From the NCBI RefSeq assembly GCF_009834535.1, contig NC_045706.1, positions 24,180,001 to 24,244,000 of the forward strand: a stretch of DNA of 64,000 nt, written 5' to 3'. A model generated the notes under the pieces. The model searched no databases and was not told the DNA's origin. It saw nothing but the letters and a program-made list of their open reading frames with translations. A program made the translations under genes and the position numbers. Source of the DNA: Camelus ferus. Lineage: Eukaryota. Within the stretch, counting starts at the first letter, position 1. Every line of letters starts with the position of its first letter. Below are positions 33,901 through 44,500 of the stretch, in pieces.

Positions 33901-36716
33901 TTCAGTAATCTCCCTTGTTGAAGTAGTTTAAGCTCTACTGATCTTTTTGTAGCTCTTATCCCCTTAGCTTGAATGAACCAGCAAAGTTAATTTTCTAAAA
34001 AGGTAGGTAAGAGTGACAGGTCCTTAGAACCACAGGCAGGGCCCAGCAAGCCAATCAACGGCACAAATCCTGGCCTGGCAGCTGTGTGGTGCCAAACAAA
34101 AGGCTGGTCTTTGGAGTAGGACCTAAAATAATCCTAGAACCCTTGAGTCACAGGATTGAGGGGTAGAGGGCAGTTCCTTACAGAGGGGCAGCCTAAACAA
34201 AAGGCTGGCTCACTTAGCAGACCTTGTCTTTCCCAGGGTCCCTTCTCTAGAATGTCTTCCTTTTCTGGCCACCCTGGGGAAGGCTGCAGGGAAATTTGCC
34301 AATCTCATCTCCTTTGCTGTCTGGCTTTCATACACTCCTTCCTGCTCCTTTTCTCAGGCCTACTGCAATCACCACCTCCAGCATTCTCTTTTCCCACTAC
34401 AGGAAACTCCAATGACCAGCTGGCCTGAGGTCTCCGATGACCAGCTTGTCTGCCAAGTCGAGGAAGGGGAGAGGGTAACACTGACAAAAGAGCAAAGGAA
34501 AAAGGCACAGAGGGCAGCTGGAGGCCGTGAAGAGAGATGACCTGCAGGTGGTGCTCAGGGTAAGGGTGTAAGTAGCTGGGCCTGATTTTTGCTTGGGAAA
34601 AGTCTGAAGTTAGGACGAGGGTGCCTGGAAAGGCTGATGCACCTATTCAGAACCTAGCTGGCACCCAGGATTCCTACTCAGGATCCTGAACACTTCAGCT
34701 AAGCAAATCCAACTTTTTAGAAAAGACAAAGGGTTTTCTTGCCTTGAACTGAAGGCCATTTTCCTTTCTGGCTAGCTACAGCCTGAGCTGCTCTTTTCTT
34801 GTCTCCCTACTTAGAAACAAGGACAGCTGCCTGTTTACTATGCCCCTCACCCTTGCAAATGGGCAGGCAATAGGGGAAAAGGAATTCAGGATCTTGAGTG
34901 ACAAGACCAACTAAAAAGGAATCTAAAAAAGACACCATAAACAAATTCAGAGATAAACAATTAACTGCAAAAAATATTTAGGCTAGACTGGGAGAAAATA
35001 TTTGTAATGCTATGACAGACAATGGATCAATATCCTCACTATACAAAGAACTCCTACAAACTGATAAGCAAAACAAAAACAACTCAATAAAATAATAGGC
35101 AAAGGAGAAGAAATTCAAATGTTCAACCTTAAAGATATAAAATCAATAAAATACCAGTTTTCACCCACCAAATTAGCACAAATAAAGAATACCAATAATA
35201 TTCAGTGCTGGTGACATGGTGGGGAATTGGAAACTCTCAAACTTTACTGTTGGAAGTGCAAATGATGCAATCTTTTGGGCATGCAAACTGGTAGTACCTA
35301 TAAAAATGTAATTTGCACATTATAGATTTAATCCAGAAATTTCAAGTATAGGAATCTATCACACGAAAGGAAAAATTGATCAATAAAGACATATGAACAA
35401 GGATGCTTACTTCAGCATTATTTATAATGGCTCAAAATAAGAAACAATGTAAATATTAAATATTACTCAATAAGAGAATGATTAAATAAATTGTATTCTA
35501 TCTATACTATGAAAATTACACAGCTACCAAAAAGAAAAAAAATCTTAACAGGGGCTGAGGGGAGGGGGAAATAGTGTATTATTNNNNNNNNNNNNNNNNN
35601 NNNNNNNNNNNNNNNNNNNNNNNNNNNNNNNNNNNNNNNNNNNNNNNNNNNNNNNNNNNNNNNNNNNNNNNNNNNNNNNNNNNNNNNNNNNNNNNNNNNN
35701 NNNNNNNNNNNNTATTTTTATTATGTATATTTTATCACAATTAAAAAAGAATATACAAACTCCCAGTTATAAGATTAATGAGTTTTGGGGATGTTGTGTA
35801 CAGCATGGGGACTACAGTTAAAAATATTGTGGTGTATATTTGAAAATTGCTAAGACAATAGATCTTAAAAGATCTCATCACAAGAAAAAAATTTGTAACT
35901 ATGTGAGGTGATGGATTTAACAAAACTTATTATGTAATAATTTTCCAGCATATATTAAACTAATACAATGTTCTATGTCAATTATATTTCAATGAAACTA
36001 GGGGAAAGAATAAACGAGATGGATAACCATATCATACATACCTTTCTAAAATACTATGAAGTGAAAAAAGAAAACATGTAGCACATAATCCTATTTTTCT
36101 TTTTTTAAAAAGGTGGGACTTTATGTGTATTTATATACATGTAGAAAAAGAAACAAAGAATCCAACCTGTTAACATTTTTTACCTAAAGAATGAGGTGGA
36201 CCATTGAGAAAGATAAAGTGACCATTAACTTTTCTTTTAGACACCTATTCACCGTTTATCTTCTTAACATAGCATGCATTATATTTTTTAAAATAACCTT
36301 AAAAATAAACCAAACCAAATCAAACATCCAAAGGTACTATACCCTTACCTCCCAAAGCATAAAGAAACCAGAGTCCTAAGGAAATCTCCCCTCACTCCCT
36401 ACTCTGCACAACCTGAGTCAAGTAGCGTGATGAATAATCAATAACAATCCTATTTCTCTACTGTAAGGAAATAGCTGGCTGGGAAAAACTTTCCAGCATC
36501 ACCAGCTCATTGCCTAGAGCCTGACCACCCCAGGAGAGGCAGGAAATTAAGAGCTGTGGTCATCCACAAAGCCTGAGCTCTTACCTATGAGCGCATAGGA
36601 CAGGAACTTATTGACAGAGGTCAGTGCTAGTCCAGTGATAGGGCCAGTGGTATCTTCGGAGCGAATTACTTCCAGAAACGGACGAAGGAACACATTGGGC
36701 TCAATTTCTGAGAGTT
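6684..36716 (-). CDS. GBF1: GBF1, Golgi-specific brefeldin A-resistance guanine nucleotide exchange factor 1 (coding exons 4-40; exons 1-3 lie beyond the window end)
   Basis: Spliced exon translations give DCB/HUS, Sec7 ([14 protein letters not shown]) and HDS1-3 sequence ending ...PTSEVN*; splice phases are consistent across all visible exons. Confidence 0.98.
7454..7582 (-). CDS. GBF1: GBF1 exon 39 ([18 protein letters not shown]...SELGTC)
   Basis: 129 bp; ccag / gtaagt. Confidence 0.95.
7728..7908 (-). CDS. GBF1: GBF1 exon 38 ([21 protein letters not shown]...FKQTVIQ)
   Basis: 181 bp; gcag / gtaggg. Confidence 0.97.
8055..8186 (-). CDS. GBF1: GBF1 exon 37 (expected ~114 bp, VFLQHLSPLL...SSDLL), inferred to lie inside the N-run
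   Basis: Absent from the visible sequence between exons 36 and 38. Minus-strand flanks end in ...ctgaaag and resume with (g)tacgt, a donor remnant. Confidence 0.7.
8452..8553 (-). CDS. GBF1: GBF1 exon 36 ([34 protein letters not shown])
   Basis: 102 bp; tcag / gtactg. Confidence 0.97.
8755..8885 (-). CDS. GBF1: GBF1 exon 35 ([43 protein letters not shown])
   Basis: 131 bp; tcag / gtaggc. Confidence 0.97.
8986..9136 (-). CDS. GBF1: GBF1 exon 34 ([23 protein letters not shown]...WCPLLQ)
   Basis: 151 bp; ccag / gtaaat. Confidence 0.97.
9479..9597 (-). mobile_element. Camelid tRNA-derived SINE (Vic-1-like)
   Basis: Reverse complement gggggagggtatagctcaagtggtagag...ggttcaatcctcagtacctcc with A/B boxes, ctaattacc tail, imperfect TSD cttt(c/t)acacctt. 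Confidence 0.85.
9830..10020 (+). mobile_element. Old L1ME-type 3' end fragment
   Basis: cagaggttgcctccaggg...ttttgtaccttttgaactttgtaccatg pattern. Confidence 0.5.
10189..10394 (-). CDS. GBF1: GBF1 exon 33 ([13 protein letters not shown]...HTVSLQ(VSQD))
   Basis: 206 bp; tcag / gtaagt; alternative in-frame donor gtcagt 12 nt upstream. Confidence 0.96.
10518..10764 (-). CDS. GBF1: GBF1 exon 32 ([21 protein letters not shown]...EASLNG)
   Basis: 247 bp; acag / gtgggt. Confidence 0.96.
10896..11056 (-). CDS. GBF1: GBF1 exon 31 ([53 protein letters not shown])
   Basis: 161 bp; tcag / gtgagt. Confidence 0.96.
11574..11799 (-). CDS. GBF1: GBF1 exon 30 ([22 protein letters not shown]...ADAPDA)
   Basis: 226 bp; ccag / gtaagc. 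Confidence 0.97.
11922..12200 (+). mobile_element. L1MC-type 3' UTR fragment, inverted copy of 12674-12951
   Basis: aagggcaacatgagggaacct...gtaaaactggggaaatctgaataagatc motif. Confidence 0.75.
12335..12651 (-). mobile_element. Tigger3/MER7-like TcMar DNA transposon fragment
   Basis: Ends in aaccattgtaagttgggggccgtctg-ta (Tigger3 TIR-like, TA flank); internal cagtagaaacc and tactgtactgaaagtg motifs. Confidence 0.7.
12655..14765 (-). mobile_element. L1MC-type LINE1 (3' UTR plus ORF2 remnant), interrupted by a SINE and an N-run
   Basis: Typical antisense L1 ORF2 text (ttttagccattctgataggtgtg, ttgctattctagggtc...); no open frame. Confidence 0.8.
12992..13156 (+). mobile_element. Vic-1-like SINE inserted in L1
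   Basis: tRNA-like head, (AAAT)n tail, TSD aaatgtta at 12975-12982 and 13157-13164. Confidence 0.85.
15107..15260 (-). CDS. GBF1: GBF1 exon 29 ([20 protein letters not shown]...REEISGQ)
   Basis: 154 bp; tcag / gtaagc. Confidence 0.97.
15518..15612 (-). CDS. GBF1: GBF1 exon 28 ([32 protein letters not shown])
   Basis: 95 bp; ccag / gtagaa. Confidence 0.96.
15770..15841 (-). CDS. GBF1: GBF1 exon 27 ([24 protein letters not shown])
   Basis: 72 bp; ctag / gtacag. Confidence 0.96.
16040..16163 (-). CDS. GBF1: GBF1 exon 26 ([41 protein letters not shown])
   Basis: 124 bp; atag / gtaatt. Confidence 0.96.
16249..16313 (-). CDS. GBF1: GBF1 exon 25 ([22 protein letters not shown])
   Basis: 65 bp; ccag / gtgagt. 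Confidence 0.96.
16645..16821 (-). CDS. GBF1: GBF1 exon 24 ([25 protein letters not shown]...KAMVE)
   Basis: 177 bp; ccag / gtaatt. Confidence 0.97.
17189..17282 (-). CDS. GBF1: GBF1 exon 23 ([31 protein letters not shown])
   Basis: 94 bp; gcag / gtgagc. Confidence 0.97.
17546..17782 (-). CDS. GBF1: GBF1 exon 22 ([20 protein letters not shown]...KAISGFR)
   Basis: 237 bp; acag / gtagct. Confidence 0.97.
18457..18539 (-). CDS. GBF1: GBF1 exon 21 ([28 protein letters not shown])
   Basis: 83 bp; ctag / gtgagt. Confidence 0.96.
18808..18933 (-). CDS. GBF1: GBF1 exon 20 ([42 protein letters not shown])
   Basis: 126 bp; tcag / gtaagc. Confidence 0.97.
19242..19365 (-). CDS. GBF1: GBF1 exon 19 ([41 protein letters not shown]; Sec7 glutamic finger)
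   Basis: 124 bp, read directly from the sequence (not in the ORF track); gtag / gtgagt; FRLPGE motif. Confidence 0.97.
19842..20044 (-). CDS. GBF1: GBF1 exon 18 (Sec7 start: [20 protein letters not shown]...LLESFV)
   Basis: 203 bp; ctgcag / gtgagg. Confidence 0.97.
20963..21051 (-). CDS. GBF1: GBF1 exon 17 ([30 protein letters not shown])
   Basis: 89 bp; ctag / gtatat. Confidence 0.96.
21367..21507 (-). CDS. GBF1: GBF1 exon 16 ([12 protein letters not shown]...AGDSG)
   Basis: 141 bp; ttacag / gtgggt. Confidence 0.93.
22101..22290 (-). CDS. GBF1: GBF1 exon 15 ([21 protein letters not shown]...REAND)
   Basis: 190 bp; ccag / gtgaga. Confidence 0.95.
22503..22697 (-). CDS. GBF1: GBF1 exon 14 ([10 protein letters not shown]...[23 protein letters not shown]; HUS box)
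   Basis: 195 bp; tcag / gtgctg; contains the HUS-box motif YINYDCD. Confidence 0.97.
23300..23398 (-). CDS. GBF1: GBF1 exon 13 ([33 protein letters not shown])
   Basis: 99 bp; ccag / gtgagt. Confidence 0.97.
23740..23951 (-). CDS. GBF1: GBF1 exon 12 ([24 protein letters not shown]...CRHLFQ)
   Basis: 212 bp; cccag / gtaaga. Confidence 0.97.
24114..24262 (-). mobile_element. Vic-1-like SINE
   Basis: tRNA-like head on the minus strand; TSD ttgtctcactt at 24103-24113 and 24266-24276. Confidence 0.88.
24553..24721 (-). CDS. GBF1: GBF1 exon 11 ((Q)[23 protein letters not shown]...SSQKE)
   Basis: 169 bp, or 166 bp with the distal NAGNAG acceptor; gtgcgt donor. Confidence 0.95.
25241..25464 (-). 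CDS. GBF1: GBF1 exon 10 ([13 protein letters not shown]...EQSDPQ)
   Basis: 224 bp; gcag / gtatag. Confidence 0.95.
25796..25943 (-). CDS. GBF1: GBF1 exon 9 ([24 protein letters not shown]...SSNLT)
   Basis: 148 bp; ccag / gtgagt. Confidence 0.96.
27964..27983 (+). repeat. (CA)n microsatellite
   Basis: tacacacacacacacacacag. Confidence 0.8.
29581..29635 (-). CDS. GBF1: GBF1 exon 8 ([18 protein letters not shown])
   Basis: 55 bp; ttacag acceptor, gtatga donor. Confidence 0.95.
30200..30345 (-). mobile_element. Short L1MB-type 3' end fragment
   Basis: ttaggttcacagcaaaactgagtgaaagg...ttcccatataagccctgcccc. Confidence 0.6.
30884..31040 (-). CDS. GBF1: GBF1 exon 7 (expected ~61 bp, ELLRKSAEHTLVDMVQLLFTR), inferred to lie inside the N-run
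   Basis: Needed to keep frame between exon 6 (phase 1) and exon 8 (phase 2); not visible elsewhere; this is the only gap in the interval. Confidence 0.65.
31502..31610 (-). CDS. GBF1: GBF1 exon 6 ([36 protein letters not shown])
   Basis: 109 bp; tag acceptor, gtaggt donor. Confidence 0.96.
32123..32287 (-). CDS. GBF1: GBF1 exon 5 (expected ~119 bp, DPTHEG...KILQ), inferred to lie inside the N-run
   Basis: Not visible elsewhere between exons 4 and 6. Minus-strand flanks read as a polypyrimidine tract (ttttctgtctctcctctgaaca) and a (gt)gagc donor remnant. Confidence 0.7.
32452..32642 (+). mobile_element. MER5A-like hAT-Charlie MITE
   Basis: ~190 bp with TIRs cagtggttctcaaa / tttgggaatcactg and a typical agaatttgcatt interior. 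Confidence 0.85.
34900..36010 (+). mobile_element. LINE1 fragments (old L1M ORF2/3' UTR and an L1MA-type 3' end at ~35750-36008)
   Basis: gactgggagaaaatatttg, tatatttgaaaattgctaagacaatagatcttaaa, aatttgtaactatgtgaggtgatgg motifs. Confidence 0.75.
36585..36716 (-). CDS. GBF1: GBF1 exon 4 ([44 protein letters not shown])
   Basis: 132 bp; ttacag acceptor, gtaaga donor. Confidence 0.96.
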
Positions 36717-38329
36717 CTGTAAGAAAAGAAATGAGAAAATGAAGAGATGCCATTTTACAAAAAGCTAGACCCTAGAAAAAGGCCCTTTTTATCTATACCA
36801 TGAGGCTAGAGTTCTTAGTTGCTGGAACAATCTTACTTCATGTGGATTACTTTGAATCAAATCCTAGACACTACGTCATTTTATCTGTAAAGTTTTTAGT
36901 ATGTAGCTCTAAAGGATTAAAAAGCTTTAAAAAAAATCACAGTATCATTACCATGCTTTAAAATTAAAAATAAAATGAGTAAGATGGTAAATTTTATGTT
37001 TTATATATTTATACGTATTTAACCACAATTTTAAAAATTAACAATAATTATTTAATATCATCAAATATTGCTGGGTCAATTTCCGATGTCCATTTCATCA
37101 CGCTCTCTAGTAATACAGAGGTAAACCTCATCTTAAGTACTGCCAATATGGGCAAATAGATTCCAGAATGAGCTGCTCTCTATGTCTATGTCTATGCTGT
37201 TACAAAGATAAAGAGATGTTAGAGATAAAGAATGCAGCACATCACAGGAAGGTGAGGGGGAACCTTGAGGTTTATAGTCCCTTGCTGAAAAATAACCTTA
37301 AAAAGAACAAAAGGCCGTGTAGTCCCTACTTGTGGAGGCAGTCTGTAATCTTGTAAGGTCCTCACCACTCTCTAGCCTCCTTTCTGTCTACAGTAAGCAG
37401 ACGGCTAACTGCCCTGAGACGAAGGGGCAATTCATAATCTTTATTTTACAGATGTGAAAAATAAAGCTCAAATAAGACACATGATTGGTCCCAAATCACA
37501 CAGCTAATAAGAAGCAGTGCTGGGATTTGAACTCAGTCTATACATACGGTTCCAAAACCTGTAAAACCATTACATCTATTCTACCTAATTAACAGCACAT
37601 ACTCCTGAATTTAGAAGGTTTCATTCCAGGTCTAAGAAGCTACTCTTCTCTGGACCTGCTCCCTACCCTACTCTGCCCAGAGCTGAATTTGTTTTTCTAG
37701 AGTCGGCTGTGCTTTCATCTCTAACAGAACAGCCACCTAAAAGGCTTCCTAAACAGGCCAGAAAGATTTGGGGACATGGTAGGGGGCTGCCCCACCTTTA
37801 GAGACAAAAGGAAGCTGGGTTTCCTAAGCACTTTCATTTTCATGCAAATACAGGGAGCTTCCCACTCAATTCCTATCATCCTCCTCTCTGGGTAAACAGT
37901 CCCTGGGCCCGGCTGCTCCTCAGATTAATGCTTTAATTAATTGGCAGATTGGGTAGCATTTTCCAAGCTTGTCTCTACAGTGATCACATCAGCTGTATAA
38001 AACCTGCTTCTCATCCCCCACTACCCCCACCTAGAGATCTACAGTCTGAAGGAAAAAAACCTAGAGAAAAACCTTTCTGTGTGTGTAAGGTGGTAGAAGG
38101 TTGAGATGAAAGGAATAGAAATATTTGGAAAAACTAAAACGCATAAAGTACTTTTAAAAAGCTCATTAAAGAACTTAAAGTCCCTTAGTCTTGCTGCTTT
38201 AGGAACACAACTGCATTACATATGATTTGGTGTGTCATTAAAAAAAATAGTCATGTTTGGTATATTTGAGATATGAAAGTCTAGACTGAAAAAAAAAATC
38301 TTTGAGAGGTGGTATAGGGAACAGATTTT

Positions 38330-39680
38330 CTGAGCATTCAACCCAGTTGCTACAAATATACTAGCTTCATGTCTTCCTTCATGGTGAAGGACTAGGGCAA
38401 TTTTACAGCCATGGTTTGATACTTCCAGAGCCACATGCATTCTGCCTTTTTTGGTTTGTTTAATTCTGTAAAACTGACTATTTTTGAGTTCTATAAATTT
38501 CCACACACACATAGATCTCTGTAACCACTGTGGCAATTTCAGTGCTCCAGAAAACTCCTTCTGTTATTCCTTTGTAGTCACACCTTCCCCAGGCCCCTGA
38601 CCCCTGTCAACCACTGATCTATTCTCCATCACCACAGTTTTATTATAAAGGTCATATAAATGGAATCATACAGTATGCAACATTTTGAGACTGATTTCTT
38701 TCACTCTACATGATACCTTTGAGATTCGTCCAAACTGCTGCATAGATCAATAATTTGTTCCCTTTTGATTGCTGAGTAGTATTCCATTACCATCTGTACC
38801 ACAGTTTGCTTATCCATCCATTCACTAGCTGAAGGACATTTGGCATCTCCAGTTTGGAGCACTTATGAATAGAGCTGCTATAAACATCTGTGTACGGGTT
38901 TTTGTGTGAAGAACGTTGGTTTTCATTTCTCTGGGATAAACACATAGGAGTGGGATTTCTGGTCAAAGGGTAAGTGTATGTTTAGCTTTTACAAGAAACT
39001 GCCAAACTGTTTTCCAGAGTCTCTATATCTCTTTGCATTCCCACCAACAATGAGAATTCTAGTTTTTCCACATCCTCTCCGGTGCTTGGTATTTTCATTT
39101 ACGCCATTCTAGTAGGTGTCTCCATGTGGTTTACATTTGCATTTCTCTAATGGCTAGTGACATCAAACACCTTTTTCACATGCTTATTTGCCATTCATGT
39201 ATCCTTTCTTTCTGGTGACATATCTGTACACATCTTTTTCCCATTTTTTAAATGAATTGTTTTCTTACCATTGAGTATAGAGACTTAGAGAAGTCTATTC
39301 CAGATTCAAGTCCTTTATTACAATGACACTTATACAGTTATTTATAAATATTTTCTCCCAGTCTGTAGCTTGTTTTTTCAATCTCTTAACAGTATCTCCC
39401 ATAGAGCAGACATTTTATTTTTGATGAAGTCCAGTGTACCAGTTTTTTCGTTTTGTGCATAATGCTTTTGGTATCGTATCTAAGCACTCTCCCAAGTCAC
39501 AAAGATTTTTCCTATGTTTTCTTCTAAAAAATACGCAGATTTAGTCTTCTCATTTACATCTATGCTCTATTTTGAGTTAAATTTTGTATAATACGTGAGG
39601 TTTAGATTGTGTTTCATTTTTGTTTTTGCATATGGATGCCCTATTGTTCCAACACCATTTATTGAAATTAATGTCTTTTT
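38330..39680 (-). mobile_element. LINE1 (L1M) 3' portion, antisense to the + strand
   Basis: aaatggaatcatacagtatg, tgctgagtagtattccatt, gaaactgccaaactgttttccag motifs. Confidence 0.8.
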
Positions 39681-41344
39681 TGGTACTAAATTCTCCTTAG
39701 GACTGTATCTTATTTAGGAATGAAGGAGTTATGGAGGATTCTCTTCAGTTCCTCCTCTCCAGCAATCACCCTTGTTCCTCTCCCTTCTTTGTTTCTGGGT
39801 CTTTCTGAATTTGGGTTTGTTTTTAATGCTATGTAATGGAACACTCATTATTTGTAAGTTGATTGAGCATAAAGTATTTCATTATAAAGTGGCCATCCAT
39901 CACAAGGAGGCATGTGGGCTGTAAAAAACATTAACTGTGCACTCTGGGCTGGAATGCAACTTTACCAGAATAATGCAGCTTTTGTATTGTGTGCAGTTGA
40001 GATAAAATGAGAGACAGAGAGACAGATATTGTTGGGGGAACAGGTGTTGGCTGAACCGGGGTTCTGTCCCATGTTTTCTAAAGTTGTTTCCCAACCCTTT
40101 CAGGATTGCTTCTCTAGATTCAGCTGTCTTGAAGGTTCTCTGCCCACCTTTCAGAGCAAATAATAAGTGACTGACTTCTCAGAGTACTGTTGCTCCCATA
40201 AACTTTATTCTGCTCACAGACATGCCTTTAGAGGCAGCAATGCAAGTTGTTAGAGTACTTGTTCTGCCCTTATTGGTTGTTTTTGATGCCTTTATTTTTC
40301 TTGTCAGGAAAATGGGAAATATCCCTTATCATAAAGTTCTTGAGCCCGTTAGCACAAAGGGTGGCTGAAGCAGAGTAAGATTCTTCAGTCTTAACGTGAC
40401 TAAGAATTTACATGTAGCTGTAAAAAACATATCCAGCTACTTGAGAAAGGTGAGTAAGTAGGATTCTGTACACTTATGGAACAGGGAGAGTTGTTACCAG
40501 TCCCATAACTGAAACTCTTTAGGGATTCTCTTGTTCTTCTCCAAAAGCTTTGGCTATTGACCCTTTAGTCCTTTCCATCATCAACTGCTAATGTCAATTT
40601 AGAATTTAGTTCTTTTTTATTTCCTTTTACTTCCCTTCAGAGCCCTTAGAGGAGACCTGATAGGATGGCATTTGGTGATAAACCTCTAATTGTCTTTTCT
40701 TGCTGCCATTGAATAGTGAAATATTTTACTAGACTACTAGAGGAATTTAGATTAAAAAAGTTGCTCCAAGTATGTAATGACTGCATAAAGCTGGGGTGAA
40801 TGTCCTGTTTTAAAGTATTGCAACAGAAGTTTTTAATTTCTCCTGGGCTTTCAAATTGCCTGCTTAAGTTTTGACTTGGTCTTAATACAATGAATACAGA
40901 AAACGGCAAGGCAGAGTAAAGGACCACAGCAGCTCTGGTTTGCCTGTGTGTTACAACCTAATTGCCTTCCTTTCAATATGTGCCAATTTCCTCTAGAAGG
41001 AAGAGAACTAGTGTTTAGAGTGGATACGCATCAAACTTACGCTCTCAGTAAGACAGATGGATCAGTCTGTCCTCGGGCCTCTGCGATATGTTTGAGGCTG
41101 GTCCCTATGGGCCTCATTTAGCCCTGCTGGCCTTGTTAAAGGGGCCTCACTCTTCCCTCTTGGATTAGGAGGAAACCTGGGCAAACCTGAAGCTTAATTT
41201 ATATAGCAGTCCTAAAATCAATAACTAAGTGTTTAGTCATTGGTTAGGAAGAGGAAAGGTACAGAAGAAACTTCAATTCTAGGTTAGTTTTAACTTTTTA
41301 TTTGCCATCCAAGTCAAATGCAGTTTAATATACCTAGTAGTAAA

Positions 41345-41560
41345 CCTGGAGCAACAGCATGGTATAATAATAGTTAAGAACATAATCTATAACAGACCTG
41401 GATTTAAATTCTACCTCTTCCACTTAATGTGTGACCTTGGGTAAGTCACTTAACCTCTTAGATCTTGGTCTTCTTATCTGTAAAATGGGAACAGTAATAC
41501 TATTTCTCAGGGTTATTAGGAGGATAAAATAATCTACATATGATAAGTAGTTTAGTAATC
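41345..41560 (+). mobile_element. MIR SINE
   Basis: gtgtgaccttgggtaagtcacttaacctct...tctgtaaaatggg core. Confidence 0.7.
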
Positions 41561-44500
41561 TCTAGCTGTTGCTGATGTCTGAGGCAAATTAAGGTTGTCC
41601 TGGGCAACAGACTGGGATTCTTTTAAGGGTGGTAGACAGCAGCTCCTAGCAGCAAGCTAACCTGGCTTATTTAGCAGGAATGCCCAAGGTGGAAAGCTTA
41701 TTTCTCTTCCTGTCAGGATTATGTATCACAGTGGAGAAATCATGCAATAAACTATTTTCCCGTGGGTATGCTGCTTTTAAGTGCCTGTGTTATCTTCTGA
41801 AAGTGAAGGCGAAATCTGACCTCAAGCAGACCAGAGTGGTCCTACTCAACAAGGAGGAGATGGTAAAAGTGAGAATTTCAGGAGCAGAGATTTATGGAAA
41901 GCAGCCTGCTATTGGCTCTATATGCTGTTAGAGATTTCAATCTGAAAAAAGTACATCTTCTTTCTATCCTCTTCCTAAGGAGAGATGGACCTGCTATAGG
42001 CACAGAGGCCGCCAAGGTCCTGACAAGGTGTTTGAGCCAGAGAACATACGTAAATGCCGAAAACCCTTTTCTTTTTGGTCATCTTGAACATCTGGGGCCC
42101 AGATATCTAGGGAGGAGGAGTTTTTATGTCATTGCTGGCTTATGTTGGGACCTCATGAACATGACCTTCTACAAATTACTTATCAAAGACAGCTTGGGGG
42201 AAATAAAAATTCTGATTTCTAATCCTCAGGATTTTCAAAATTTCAGTAAAACCCCAAGACGTGTAAGTTCATGAAATGCTTACTTATGTTTAATTAGAGT
42301 GAGAGTTAAGGTTTAGGTTTTTGATTTAAAAAAACAGGTTGGGTTAGCCTTTGAGGGATAGATCAGTCTGAAAAATGAATACTTCTCGAAGAGTTTTTAA
42401 GGGATCAAGTGTTCAAAATAATTTGCCTTTCTTAACGTAAGGTGGTTGGTACCACTATCTCCTACTGGCGCTATGTGGACTCATGGACTCACTTTGTACC
42501 TAGATGCGGCAATGATTAAGCCATCACCGTACTTTGTTTCTTAAAGGGTCATAATACCAAAGATAATCTCCTCAACCCCAACCCCTTAAGGCACCTTGAG
42601 AAACTAAACATTTGTTTAAGAATAGGAAGGAAACAGATCTGGGAAACCGTTGGGTGATAGCTGAAAAAAGAGGATGCAGTGTTAGGATCTCAGACAAATA
42701 AACTGGGCTTGCTTTCCCCTCAGGCGACCTTTGTAACAGGCTGTCTGCATTCATGTGCATTTACTCCCAAACTGTACTTTGAGTTTAGAATAAGTTTTGG
42801 GGATTTAAAGGGAACCTTAAAGAATTTAGTTAAACTGTATACTACCACCACCATCTTCCCCAGGAAAACCCTGTGGATGAGGAAACTACAGCCCAAAGAA
42901 GTGAAATGTTTGCCCAAGGTCACATAATTAATGAGAGACTAAGACTGGGCCTAGTGTATTTCTTTTTTTTCATTTCTCCTGTTCTATAGGGCAGGGTTGC
43001 GAAGGCTTGTCTGGGTTTGAACATTAAGCCTGGACTAGGTAATAGATTTCTTTAAGAGCTGCCCTTCGGCAGTCTTCTCTCAAGTCAGTTTCTGAAATCA
43101 AGCCTAATTCCCCACCTGACCATTCAAGGCTGGAAATAAAGATGTGACAGATATTCCAGAGGCTTCTGGCTCCACCAAAGTTTGGTTTGGCTCATCCTCT
43201 GGACTACTACTCCTGATGTCCCCTAGTGACCAAAAAGAGCACAGCTCTTTCCTACTGAATTTACAGTATCTCATTTGCAGATCATTCTCAATCTTACTTC
43301 GACTTCTACAAGAAATATTCCAAGGTATAGCATAGTCAGAGAAGTAGAATATGAGGCCCTAACACTTTCTCCTAGAATGGAATGTGCAGGATAGACGATA
43401 AACCCAAAACCAAAAAGCTTTTTATGCTCAAGTAATTTTGTCTTGTGTCTCTGGATATAGAAATGTCAAGAGGAGTAAATGAATTAGACTTCTGTTTTTA
43501 CCATGCTCTGATTTATTACTCTGCTATACATGATCTACTTTGTGAATGATGATATTCTGTCTTCAGGAACATGAGCCAAAATTTGCAGGATGAAGAGCTA
43601 GGACGGGAGCAGGCTGGTGACCCTCTAGAAAGCAAGATGGGAGAAGTAGGTTCTAAGGGCAAAAGGGTCGAGACAGGCATTTCTGAAGCCAAATGGTGTT
43701 GAAATAATATACCACAGGACTTTTTCCTTGTCAGCGTAATCCAATTGAGAATGCCCAACCGCCCCTGATAAGAGTCACTCAGGAGTAAAGAGCTTCGATA
43801 CCAGGGAAAGCAGCTTATGTGTGCATTTTGGCTCAGGAATGTGCCAGTTCATTGCTGGCCAAATGAGAAAAGGCTGCTGTGGGGTGGAGAACACAAGTCT
43901 CCTGGGAAGATGGTGACTACTCTCCTGTATGCTGAGAAGAGAGTGTTCCCTTTTGTCTAAGGGCAGTGCGTGATGCCACAAGTTGAGGTCTTTGATGTAG
44001 ATTATTGGAGAGGGTGGCAGCTCTGATGTGAGAAGAGAAAACAATGTCATGATTCATCCCCTTTTGGACAGATCACCTCATCATCTGAGAAGAGTGGGGG
44101 GACATCTGCAGATTCTCAACCTGACTGTAGGCCAAATTGAGACTTCTCTGTTTTAATGTCATAATGTAGGGAGTTGAGAGCCCTCTTCACTGATGTTGAG
44201 CAGAGTATGGGCAGAACACCACCAAGACATCTCTAAAAAGCTTCATTTTTCTTTGTGTTGAAGTGGCCTATGAGCTTTTCCAGAAATAGTTTAATAAATC
44301 TCGTTGTGATTATTCTTATTGGGCACTGACTAGCTAGAAGGTAGACCTGGATTTGATTTCAGAAGCAGGTGGCCTAGTCCTAGAAGGATCCCAAGTGTTC
44401 TTTCTCCAGTGGGGAGTTGAATTTCCCTTCCTTCTTGTACCCATTCCTTTTTTTTTCTCTCCTTCCCATCTTAATGAGCCAGTAACCTTCAGAGCACCTC

